IMG/VR virus record: IMGVR_UViG_3300030328_002398 | Span: 1 to 55,003 of that record | Origin: a virus | Taxonomy: Duplodnaviria; Caudoviricetes | Length of the DNA stretch: 55,003 nt | Reading direction: 5' to 3' (one strand) | Part shown: positions 1 through 7,659 of the stretch, piece by piece | Numbering within the stretch: the first letter of the stretch is position 1 | How the letters are laid out: each line of letters opens with the position of its first letter | Position numbers and translations under genes: made by a program | The notes under the pieces: generated by a model | What the model was told of the DNA's origin: nothing | Database searches by the model: none | What the model saw: only the letters and a program-made list of their open reading frames with translations

Positions 1-21
1 CAGGGTTTCCTGATCAATTAT

Positions 22-130
22 ACTCTTCCCGTTTAACCAAGACCTATGGGAAGTAAAATACGTCTTTATCCTACCTTCAGGTCTAGGGTTCTGAAGGATC
101 TTAGTTTCGCTGTTACCCTGCAGCCCTACT
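22..130 (+). ncRNA. Structured psbA leader RNA (PhotoRC-II-like, double pseudoknot)
   Basis: Hairpin CTTCCC(25-30)/GGGAAG(48-53) has loop AAGAC(39-43) complementary to GTCTT(62-66). Hairpin CCTTCAG(74-80)/CTGAAGG(91-97) has loop TAGGG(84-88) complementary to CCCTA(124-128). Position directly upstream of phage psbA matches the known PhotoRC-II motif. Confidence 0.65.
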
Positions 131-143
131 AAAAGTTGGACTA

Positions 144-1215
144 ATGACAACTCTACAAAAAAGAGAGCAAGGCCTCCTATCTGGATGGTCTGAGTTCTGC
201 GAGTGGGTTACAAGTACTGACAACCGCATTTATGTTGGTTGGTTCGGTGTCTTGATGATCCCTTGCCTATTAGCTGCTGCTACATGCTTCATCATAGCAT
301 TCATTGCAGCACCTCCTGTCGATATCGACGGAATCAGAGAACCTGTTGCAGGTTCATTCTTATATGGAAACAACATCATTTCTGGTGCTGTAGTTCCATC
401 TTCTAACGCAATTGGATTGCACTTCTATCCCATCTGGGAAGCTGCTACTCTAGACGAGTGGTTGTATAACGGTGGTCCTTATCAGTTAGTAATTTTCCAC
501 TTCCTTATCGGAATCTCTGCTTATATGGGCAGACAGTGGGAATTATCATATCGTTTAGGTATGAGACCTTGGATCTGTGTTGCTTACTCAGCTCCTGTAT
601 CTGCTGCTTTCGCAGTATTTTTAGTATATCCTTTCGGACAAGGAAGTTTCTCAGATGGTATGCCTCTAGGAATATCAGGTACGTTTAACTTCATGTTTGT
701 GTTCCAGGCAGAACATAACATCCTAATGCACCCATTCCATATGGCTGGTGTTGCAGGTATGTTTGGTGGTGCTTTATTCAGTGCTATGCATGGATCACTT
801 GTTACCTCTTCTCTAATCAGAGAAACTACTGACAATGAGTCACAGAACTACGGTTACAAGTTCGGACAAGAAGAAGAGACATACAACATTGTTGCTGCTC
901 ATGGATACTTCGGTAGATTAATCTTCCAGTATGCATCATTCAACAACTCTCGTTCATTGCACTTCTTCCTTGCTACATTCCCAGTTGTTTGTATCTGGCT
1001 TACCTCTATGGGTATATGCACGATGGCATTTAACTTGAATGGATTCAACTTCAACCAGTCGGTTGTTGATGCATCAGGTAAGGTTGTTCCTACATGGGGT
1101 GACGTTCTTAACAGGTATGGAAGTTATGCATGAAAGAAATGCACACAACTTCCCACTTGATCTTGCTGCTGCTGAGACATCTGAAGTTGCATTGATTGCT
1201 CCTTCAATTGGTTGA
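144..1215 (+). pseudogene. psbA: Photosystem II D1 protein, frameshifted at ~1113 (apparent 11-nt deletion; may be an assembly error)
   Basis: Clear D1 sequence to ...TWGDVLN. The frame stops at 1131-1133, while the canonical C-terminus [33 protein letters not shown] continues in another frame at 1114-1215. Residues RANL are missing. Confidence 0.9.
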
Positions 1216-1237
1216 TATAATCAATACAATCTGATAT

Positions 1238-1263
1238 AATGAGGGGGCAACCCCTCATTTTTT
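1238..1263 (+). terminator. Intrinsic terminator after psbA
   Basis: AATGAGGGG-GCAA-CCCCTCATT stem-loop followed by a T run. Confidence 0.8.
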
Positions 1264-1866
1264 ATGCTTGATTATAGGGATAAAAAGGTAACTGACTTTG
1301 AAGTCAAACTAATAACCCGAAAAGATGTCAAGGATTTTGTGGAGAACTGGCACTATTCACAGAGTATTAATGGGTTAAGAATATCTTATGTGTTTGGTTT
1401 GTTTTGTGATGGTAATCTTATAGGTGCAATGATATATGGCCCTCTAGGAATGGCAAACACATGGAAGAAGTATGGTAAAGAAGAGAGTGATGTAATAGAA
1501 CTAAGGAGACTTTGTTGTATTGATAATACTCCTAAATGTACAGAGAGTTACTTCATAGGTAAGACGCAGAGATGGTTGAAAAAATATACAAAACATCAGA
1601 TTATAGTTTCCTATGCAGATGCACACTATAATCATACAGGTATAATCTATCGTGCTACTAATTTTAAGTATGAAGGATTAACTTCTAAAGGTAGAGTGAT
1701 AGAATATGATGGAAGAACCTATCATGATAAGGCAATTAGAACTAAGTATAAAGGTAAGTTGAAACCTTTTGCACAGAGATTGAAAGATGCTTTGGATATT
1801 GGAGAAGCAAAGTATATTCAAACTCCAGGCAAACACATCTATACCTTTAGGTTGATTAGAAAATAA
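1264..1866 (+). CDS. Mom-family (GNAT-fold) DNA adenine modification protein
   Basis: Motifs WHYS, IELRRLCC, ESYFIG, IVSYAD..YNHTGIIYRATNF.YEG are typical of phage Mu Mom-like proteins. Confidence 0.7.
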   Translation: MLDYRDKKVTDFEVKLITRKDVKDFVENWHYSQSINGLRISYVFGLFCDGNLIGAMIYGPLGMANTWKKYGKEESDVIELRRLCCIDNTPKCTESYFIGKTQRWLKKYTKHQIIVSYADAHYNHTGIIYRATNFKYEGLTSKGRVIEYDGRTYHDKAIRTKYKGKLKPFAQRLKDALDIGEAKYIQTPGKHIYTFRLIRK

Positions 1867-1901
1867 CATTATGTTATAATAACAAAAGAGAGAAACACTT
1901 T

Positions 1902-2669
1902 ATGTCTGGAGATACTGGTAGTACAGAACAACCTAAGATTTTTTATACAAAAGTGCCTCAGACTGAAGCACATGATACCTTATTACTTGAAGGTAAGGTA
2001 AAGTCTGTTTATCAGATTGCAGATGAATCTGATAAGGTTTATATACATTTTCATGATAAAGTAACAGCAGGTAATGGTAGGAGAGTAGATTTTCCTGAAG
2101 GTAAGGGTAAGACTTGTTGTCTTATATCTGCATTACTCTTTGAGTTGATGGAGAGGAGAGGAATTAAGACACATTATATTGATTGTCCTTCTTTGGATAC
2201 ATTACTTTGTAAAAAATTGACAATCATACCAGTAGAAGTTATAGTAAGGAACATTGCTGCTGGTAGCATAGTTAAAAACACTACCATCACTGAAGGAATC
2301 AATATCTCACCACCTATAGTAGAATACTTCTTAAAGGATGATGAGAAAGATGATCCATTACTTACACATGACCGTGTTAGATTGATGGGTATTGATCCTG
2401 AACCCATGAAAGAGGTAGCAATTGAAGTAAATACACATCTTCAAATGTTATTCACTCTCATGGGTATAGACCTTGTAGATTTTAAATTGGAGTTTGGTTA
2501 CGATGCTCACGGCGATTTATTCTTGGCTGATGAATTATCACCTGACAACATGCGACTCTGGAAGAAGGGTACGAAAGAGAGATTCGATAAGGATCTTTTT
2601 AGAAAAGATCAAGGTGATATAGTGGAAGCATACCAATATATACTACAACAATTACGACAATTCGCATGA
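1902..2669 (+). CDS. purC: SAICAR synthetase
   Basis: EGKVK, PVEVIVRNIAAGS, LVDFKLEFG, LADELSPDNMRLW, DKDLFR motifs. Confidence 0.95.
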   Translation: MSGDTGSTEQPKIFYTKVPQTEAHDTLLLEGKVKSVYQIADESDKVYIHFHDKVTAGNGRRVDFPEGKGKTCCLISALLFELMERRGIKTHYIDCPSLDTLLCKKLTIIPVEVIVRNIAAGSIVKNTTITEGINISPPIVEYFLKDDEKDDPLLTHDRVRLMGIDPEPMKEVAIEVNTHLQMLFTLMGIDLVDFKLEFGYDAHGDLFLADELSPDNMRLWKKGTKERFDKDLFRKDQGDIVEAYQYILQQLRQFA

Positions 2670-2950
2670 ATTTCTTAATAGCAATAATGTCATTTGCAAA
2701 TTTTGTATTTTATCCTTTAGTGGTAGGTACAATTGTTGCAGTCATTATAGAACAGATTTTAAGAGCAAGAGGGGATGAAGATAATCCTAAAGATGTGAAG
2801 AATGTTTTTGTTGCTATGGGTGTAAGAAAGTATCTCTGGAGACAAGCATGGTTGTTTAATATCATCTGGTTTGTTGGGTATTTTATTCTTATGCTGACAA
2901 TTGGCAGACAACAACCTGCATCTATGCCTGATATGATATGGCAAGGCTAA
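2666..2950 (+). CDS. Small membrane protein (2 TM)
   Basis: ATGA overlap with purC; two hydrophobic segments. Confidence 0.75.
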   Translation: MNFLIAIMSFANFVFYPLVVGTIVAVIIEQILRARGDEDNPKDVKNVFVAMGVRKYLWRQAWLFNIIWFVGYFILMLTIGRQQPASMPDMIWQG

Positions 2951-2953
2951 ATA
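2947..2953 (+). promoter_or_regulatory. T4-like late promoter
   Basis: CTAAATA about 20 nt upstream of an ATG. The same element recurs before genes at 6783, 7324, 8111, 18356, 24201, 25001, 41755 and 52911. Confidence 0.6.
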
Positions 2954-2972
2954 GTTTTTTTCTACTACAATT

Positions 2973-3128
2973 ATGTGGAATTTAAATATTAAAGAAACAT
3001 TTCATAATCTCAAGGAGTGGGATAAGAAATGGGCAAGGAGGATACAAGATAAATTTAATCTAACTGATTATCAGATGTTATGTCTCGCTTTTGGTAAGGG
3101 ATTCATAATTGGAGCTATCCTTCTATGA
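2973..3128 (+). CDS. 51-aa hypothetical protein with C-terminal hydrophobic segment (not in ORF track)
   Basis: MWNLNIKETF...AFGKGFIIGAILL; fills the gap; ATGA overlap with the next gene. Confidence 0.7.
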   Translation: MWNLNIKETFHNLKEWDKKWARRIQDKFNLTDYQMLCLAFGKGFIIGAILL

Positions 3129-3361
3129 ATTTTACCGTATATTCTAAGGAAGGCTGTCCTTATTGCGAAAAGGTAGTTTCTGTGTTACAATTGGCTGAGT
3201 TGAAGTATGTACGGTACGAATTAGATAGAGATTTCACTAGTGAGGCCTTTTATGGTCAGTTTGGTGATGATTCTACTTTCCCACAAGTTGTTTGTGACGT
3301 AACTAACATCGGTGGGTGTTCTGATACTGTTAAATACCTTCAAGAACAAAATCTTGTTTAA
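3125..3361 (+). CDS. Glutaredoxin (NrdC-like)
   Basis: CPYC active site, TFPQV, IGG. Confidence 0.9.
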   Translation: MNFTVYSKEGCPYCEKVVSVLQLAELKYVRYELDRDFTSEAFYGQFGDDSTFPQVVCDVTNIGGCSDTVKYLQEQNLV

Positions 3362-3363
3362 AT

Positions 3364-3579
3364 ATGTTACACATGAGAGATCAATTACTGAGAGCAGTCC
3401 AAGCACATGCCAAAGGTGAGATCGCAAAACACCAAGCAAATGTAGAAGTATATCTTGAGCATCCAATGGGTATTGGAGAACACTCAGATATAACTGAAGC
3501 GATTCAAGTTGAACTTGACAAGATCGCACGATATCATGATCAATTAGAAGTTATAGAACATTACTTTAAAAAGAGATAG
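3364..3579 (+). CDS. Hypothetical protein
   Basis: Compact ORF in operon; P.GIGEH motif. Confidence 0.75.
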   Translation: MLHMRDQLLRAVQAHAKGEIAKHQANVEVYLEHPMGIGEHSDITEAIQVELDKIARYHDQLEVIEHYFKKR

Positions 3580-3580
3580 T

Positions 3581-3757
3581 ATGGAACCCGAAGAAAATCC
3601 ATTCTGGGGGGAGCCTACTCCCACTGATTTGTGGGATGATATGAAAAAACTAGATGCTCTTTATGAGGAACTGGATTGGGATCATAGAGATTATCTTGAA
3701 TTTACTATTGAAGATAATCATATAACTATTAGAAACAAATCACGAGAAGGACGTTAA
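3581..3757 (+). CDS. 58-aa hypothetical protein, possibly AbrB-like (not in ORF track)
   Basis: MEPEENPFWG...LDWDHRDYLEFTIEDNHITIRN; fills the gap exactly. Confidence 0.65.
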   Translation: MEPEENPFWGEPTPTDLWDDMKKLDALYEELDWDHRDYLEFTIEDNHITIRNKSREGR

Positions 3758-3758
3758 A

Positions 3759-4046
3759 ATGGAAGAAAAAATTGATTTACTCCTTATTGAAGTTAAAAGA
3801 ATGAGAAAGGAACTTAAAGAAGTTTCTGATTTGTTAGAACTTCATAGATCAGAGCATTCCATTGGTGGCCAAGGAGGATCTACTTCAGGATCTGGACAAT
3901 ATCAAGGTGGTCACATGCAACAACCTCAACAGGGTATGGGGCCAGGTATGGGAGGACAATTCCCAGGCGGTCAAGGTATGGGCCCAGGCATGGGTGGAAT
4001 GCCAGGTATGGGAGGTACTCCAGACTTTGCTGGTCCTGGCATGTAA
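3759..4046 (+). CDS. Coiled-coil protein with Gly/Met/Pro/Gln low-complexity tail
   Basis: Repeated QGMGPGMGG and GGMPGMGG. Confidence 0.75.
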   Translation: MEEKIDLLLIEVKRMRKELKEVSDLLELHRSEHSIGGQGGSTSGSGQYQGGHMQQPQQGMGPGMGGQFPGGQGMGPGMGGMPGMGGTPDFAGPGM

Positions 4047-4113
4047 AATCAGCTTTTAATTCCAAAAAAGCTCGGAAAAAAACTCAGGCTATTTTTTAAG
4101 CCACAAGGTCGTT

Positions 4114-5616
4114 ATGAAATTATTGGCACTTCGTTTATGTGCTCACGACTCAAATATTACATATTTTGATGGTGATCGAATAAAATACAAATCATTTGAA
4201 AGGGACTTTCAAGTCAAACACTTTGGCTTTGAAGGTCTTTATGGTTGGACACGTATATTGCAAGAATGGGATATTACACCACAGGACGTTGGTGCTGTAG
4301 GTATCGTTATGGACACTCATGCCCATAATGAGGTATATTGCGAACCAGAGAAAATTGAAGAAGATGTGGAAATTGCCCCTTTTCGTGATTTGGGGTTTAA
4401 TTGTCCAATTCATAGAATTGACCATCATTACGCTCATTCTCTAAGTTTTTGGCCTTTGGGAATTGAACCAAATCTCCATTTTGTGTTTGATGGGTTTGGT
4501 GATGATTGGATGTATAGAAGTGTTTGGAGAGATGGAAAGCTAATTGACAGTTCTAAGTCAAATGGTCAAATGATGCATTATTCCCCAAGTTTGGGGTTTA
4601 TAATGACCAGATTGGGTGCTTTGCTTGATATGCAAGGTCATTATTTGGATCAGGCAGGTAAAATAATGGCTTTGAAAGCATTTGGTCCTACTGATTGTCC
4701 AGATGTTCCAGATGTTGATAATATTGATAAATTAAATGATCTATGGGATTTTAATATACTTGAAAGATCTGTACATGATCAAAATTATACTTTAGGTTTT
4801 ATTGCAACTGCTCATGAGAAAACAGAGCAGTTATTCTTAAAACATTTTCAAGAATTTGCTCAGGATGGTGATGTTATAGGTTATTCTGGTGGTATTGCAC
4901 AGAATACTATTATTAATAAGGTACTAAAAGATAGATTCCCTAATCTTGTTATACCACCACATGCCAATGATCAGGGATTGAGTTTAGGTGTTATTGAATA
5001 TTTAAGAAAGAGATATAATTTGGATCCATTTGACAGAAGTGGATTTCCTTTTTGGCAAGATGATGAAACAGTACCACCACCATCCGATAAGACTATTAAA
5101 GATACAGCTGAACTATTAGCACAAGGAAAGATAGTTGGATGGCATCAGGGACATGGAGAAGTGGGTCCTAGAGCATTAGGTAATAGGAGTATATTGATGA
5201 GACCTGATGAACCAGAAGGAAAGGAATGGATTAATGGTAAAGTTAAGAAGAGGGAACCATATAGGCCATTTGGTGCTTCTGTATTAGAGGATAAGGTATC
5301 TCAACATTTTTATTGGAATGGACCTTCTCCTCATATGTTATATGTTACAGATGTATTGGAACCAGAGAAATACCCTGCAATTACTCATAATGATGGAACA
5401 TGTAGAATTAATACAGTATCTAAAGAACAGGAGTATTATTATGAATTAATTCTTAAATTTGAGAAGCTTACTGGGTTACCCGTACTTTTGAATACTTCTT
5501 TAAACGTAAATGGAAAACCAATTGCAGGCAGGGTTATTGATAGTTTAGAGACTTTTTATAAGAGTGATTTAGATGTTTTGGTATATGGTGATACACTAAG
5601 ACAAAAGGATATATAA
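4114..5616 (+). CDS. O-carbamoyltransferase (NodU/CmcH family), copy 1
   Basis: AHD, HHYAH, DGFG, AGKIMAL, GGIAQN, EVGPRALGNRS, KREPYRPFG, LNTSLN. Confidence 0.92.
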   Translation: MKLLALRLCAHDSNITYFDGDRIKYKSFERDFQVKHFGFEGLYGWTRILQEWDITPQDVGAVGIVMDTHAHNEVYCEPEKIEEDVEIAPFRDLGFNCPIHRIDHHYAHSLSFWPLGIEPNLHFVFDGFGDDWMYRSVWRDGKLIDSSKSNGQMMHYSPSLGFIMTRLGALLDMQGHYLDQAGKIMALKAFGPTDCPDVPDVDNIDKLNDLWDFNILERSVHDQNYTLGFIATAHEKTEQLFLKHFQEFAQDGDVIGYSGGIAQNTIINKVLKDRFPNLVIPPHANDQGLSLGVIEYLRKRYNLDPFDRSGFPFWQDDETVPPPSDKTIKDTAELLAQGKIVGWHQGHGEVGPRALGNRSILMRPDEPEGKEWINGKVKKREPYRPFGASVLEDKVSQHFYWNGPSPHMLYVTDVLEPEKYPAITHNDGTCRINTVSKEQEYYYELILKFEKLTGLPVLLNTSLNVNGKPIAGRVIDSLETFYKSDLDVLVYGDTLRQKDI

Positions 5617-5640
5617 TTTTATAGTTGCTAGATTTGCCTT

Positions 5641-6042
5641 TTGCAAGTTTTTAGTTCCCCTGACGATTATTTGTTTAATCTTCACACATGTTCACCTGCT
5701 GAAGCTAAGAAAATATGGAAATTATCCATTAAGGAAGAATTTAATCACAAATGCGCTTATTGTGGATCAAGAGAGAATTTAACTCTCGACCATTTAATAC
5801 CAAGATATTCTGGGGGTACTAACGAGAATACCAATCTCGTGTGTGCCTGTTTTTTATGCAATAGTGATAAATCCCATGAACCTTGGCAAGAATGGTATCG
5901 GAAACAGGATTTCTACGATCCATATAAAGAACAACGCATATTAAAGTGGCAACAACAGAATAAGAAGAAAGAGTATGAGGATAGAGCTGGGGTAATCCTG
6001 ACTCGCAACAACTTCATATACAAAAGATTAAAAAATTCTTAA
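5641..6042 (+). CDS. HNH endonuclease
   Basis: CAYCG, LTLDHLIP, GGTN...NLVCAC..CN..K; TTG start. Confidence 0.88.
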   Translation: MQVFSSPDDYLFNLHTCSPAEAKKIWKLSIKEEFNHKCAYCGSRENLTLDHLIPRYSGGTNENTNLVCACFLCNSDKSHEPWQEWYRKQDFYDPYKEQRILKWQQQNKKKEYEDRAGVILTRNNFIYKRLKNS

Positions 6043-6067
6043 ACTGTATCAAAACGAACACCATTAC

Positions 6068-6096
6068 TTGCATATATAATAAAAGTGTGTTATTAT
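6068..6096 (+). promoter_or_regulatory. Sigma70-type promoter for the riboswitch/DUF4278 transcript
   Basis: TTGCAT-17 nt-TATTAT immediately upstream of the first aptamer. Confidence 0.6.
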
Positions 6097-6104
6097 TAAC
6101 ACAT

Positions 6105-6153
6105 ATCGTTCAACCTGATACATTCAGGTCGCAAGTAAGCCGACTCGGAACGG
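6105..6153 (+). ncRNA. Glutamine riboswitch-like aptamer 1 (glnA / Downstream-peptide family)
   Basis: P1 CGTTC(6107-6111)/GAACG(6148-6152); P2 ACCTGA/TCAGGT; core CGCAAGTAAGCCGAC; lies upstream of a DUF4278 gene. Confidence 0.75.
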
Positions 6154-6154
6154 A

Positions 6155-6339
6155 ATCGTTCATCCCATGTTTCATCTAGCAGTTATTGCAACCGCCTTTA
6201 CTTGTATCGAAGCTCAGACTCTTTTAGATAAGATGGATGAGTTTAAGATAGATGAAGAGACACGAGCTGAGATGATCAGCGTAGTGATAGAAGAAACACC
6301 TCATTGTGAGTGGGACGCAAAAGCCGACTAAAGGAACGG
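6155..6339 (+). ncRNA. Glutamine riboswitch-like aptamer 2 with a ~143-nt ORF-bearing P2 loop
   Basis: CGTTC(6157-6161)/GAACG(6334-6338); TCCCA(6163-6167)/TGGGA(6311-6315); core CGCAAAAGCCGAC mirrors aptamer 1. Confidence 0.65.
6167..6331 (+). CDS. 54-aa protein nested in aptamer 2 (not in ORF track)
   Basis: MFHLAVIATAFTCIEAQTLLDKMDEFKIDEETRAEMISVVIEETPHCEWDAKAD*; hydrophobic N-terminus, two Cys. Confidence 0.65.
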   Translation: MFHLAVIATAFTCIEAQTLLDKMDEFKIDEETRAEMISVVIEETPHCEWDAKAD

Positions 6340-6374
6340 ACTTAAAAAACCCAACTACTTTAGGAGTTAATCCA

Positions 6375-6518
6375 ATGGCAAAAGTCACATACAGAGGTGT
6401 CGAGTATGACACCGCAGAGTACAACAAAAAGGTACTCGATGAAGCAGCTCAATTAAGAAATCACGATCTAATGTATCGTGGTATCAGACACGAACATAAG
6501 TTCGCATCTAAGAGCTAG
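6375..6518 (+). CDS. DUF4278-family small protein
   Basis: RBS AGGAG at 6362; MAKVTYRGVEY...LMYRGIRH with duplicated YRG motif. Confidence 0.85.
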   Translation: MAKVTYRGVEYDTAEYNKKVLDEAAQLRNHDLMYRGIRHEHKFASKS

Positions 6519-6540
6519 ATTCGCTTGCACTCAAGACACT

Positions 6541-6566
6541 AAAGAGACCCTAGGGTCTCTTTTTTT
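6541..6566 (+). terminator. Intrinsic terminator
   Basis: AAAGAGACCC-TA-GGGTCTCTTT followed by a T run. Confidence 0.85.
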
Positions 6567-6600
6567 GTGTTATAATATATAAAAAGACTGCTATTCTCAG

Positions 6601-6783
6601 ATGAAAACAGATGAAGTGATGGGACATCCATTGTGGATGTTACCAGTCATGTTACTATCAGTTCTCTTATTGATAGAAGGTCTTCATACTTCTGCTCATT
6701 TACATCAAGAGATTGATGTTCATGGTATTTGCAGACAAAATAAAGAATTTATTCAAAGTTTAGAAGAAGGTGACGATTACTAA
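6601..6783 (+). CDS. Small membrane-anchored hypothetical protein
   Basis: One hydrophobic helix, His-containing tail. Confidence 0.7.
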   Translation: MKTDEVMGHPLWMLPVMLLSVLLLIEGLHTSAHLHQEIDVHGICRQNKEFIQSLEEGDDY

Positions 6784-6812
6784 TAAATATGATATAATAC
6801 AAGGAACAAATA

Positions 6813-6950
6813 ATGGCTGATACCCCTAAACCAGCTACCGAATATGACTCATCAAAAGATGACAGGATTTCTCGTCCTACGAGTAAATCAGTTGTTAAAG
6901 GAGCATATGACCCAAAAGCTGACGATAGAATTACTAGACCAACAAAATAA
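6813..6950 (+). CDS. 45-aa peptide with internal duplication (not in ORF track)
   Basis: RBS AAGGA; YDSSKDDRISRPT and YDPKADDRITRPT. Confidence 0.7.
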   Translation: MADTPKPATEYDSSKDDRISRPTSKSVVKGAYDPKADDRITRPTK

Positions 6951-6958
6951 GAAAAACT

Positions 6959-7267
6959 ATGACAACTTCATATAACTATGATGGCACCGAACATATTGGT
7001 GCTGGAAGTACTGCTTCCTATGATGCTACTATTCACAATATATCCATTGATGATTATGCAGCTACTGTTGATTTTAATGTAGATACTATGAATACAGGTA
7101 CTACATATCCAGTTCCAACCGCAACTGTCGATCTTTCGGAAGTTCTTGCTAAACTAGACGATCTTAGTCGTAAAGTAGAACATTTACTTGAACATGCTCA
7201 TCAACCACTTCATGGTACGGTTAATTTAGAACCACCAGCTAAGGTAGGAGCAGGTTATACTACCTAA
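6959..7267 (+). CDS. Hypothetical protein
   Basis: Thr/Asp-rich N-terminus with a short coiled coil. Confidence 0.7.
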   Translation: MTTSYNYDGTEHIGAGSTASYDATIHNISIDDYAATVDFNVDTMNTGTTYPVPTATVDLSEVLAKLDDLSRKVEHLLEHAHQPLHGTVNLEPPAKVGAGYTT

Positions 7268-7411
7268 GTAAAATTACGCCTTTAAGAATTGTTTAGATAT
7301 CGCTAAATTTGAGGATATCCTGACTAAATAGTGGTAGAATCGAAGGAAACAAGATGCACTGAAAACTCATCTAAATTATGGTTTCAATTGTTCTTTATGG
7401 AGGGCCCCAGT

Positions 7412-7591
7412 ATGCGTAACCTAATGTCACATAATCAAATGGCAGAATGGATACACCACGAAGATAGTCTGGACTCATTAACTTTTAGTGATTCCGATCA
7501 ACGTATGGATGAATATTTTGACTGTCTCATAGATTGTGATGACAATGCAAACCAATCGTGTCGAAGAGTGTGTAGCGATATCTTACGATAA
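7412..7591 (+). CDS. Small Cys-containing hypothetical protein
   Basis: RBS GGAGG at ~7399; EYFDCLIDC...CRRVC. Confidence 0.75.
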   Translation: MRNLMSHNQMAEWIHHEDSLDSLTFSDSDQRMDEYFDCLIDCDDNANQSCRRVCSDILR

Positions 7592-7624
7592 AAACTTAAT
7601 AGTAAACCCGTCTGTTTAAAAATA

Positions 7625-7651
7625 GAACCCCGACCAAAAATCGGGGTTTTT
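7625..7651 (+). terminator. Intrinsic terminator
   Basis: AACCCCGA-CCAAAAA-TCGGGGTT followed by TTT. Confidence 0.75.
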
Positions 7652-7659
7652 CAATTCAT

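Noticed and set aside
1113-1215. Group I intron or programmed frameshift in psbA
   Set aside because: Sequence is missing rather than inserted, and there is no slippery site. A frameshift would still lack the conserved RANL residues.
5641-6042. HNH as an intron-encoded or mobile element
   Set aside because: Free-standing; neighbouring genes are intact, with no intron structure or terminal repeats
6306-6374. N-terminal extension of the DUF4278 ORF in the track
   Set aside because: Overlaps aptamer 2; the real start is 6375, after an AGGAG RBS
7412-7591. Second CP12
   Set aside because: Cys spacing differs and the C...P...EC..YDD signature is absent; the true cp12 is at 30719
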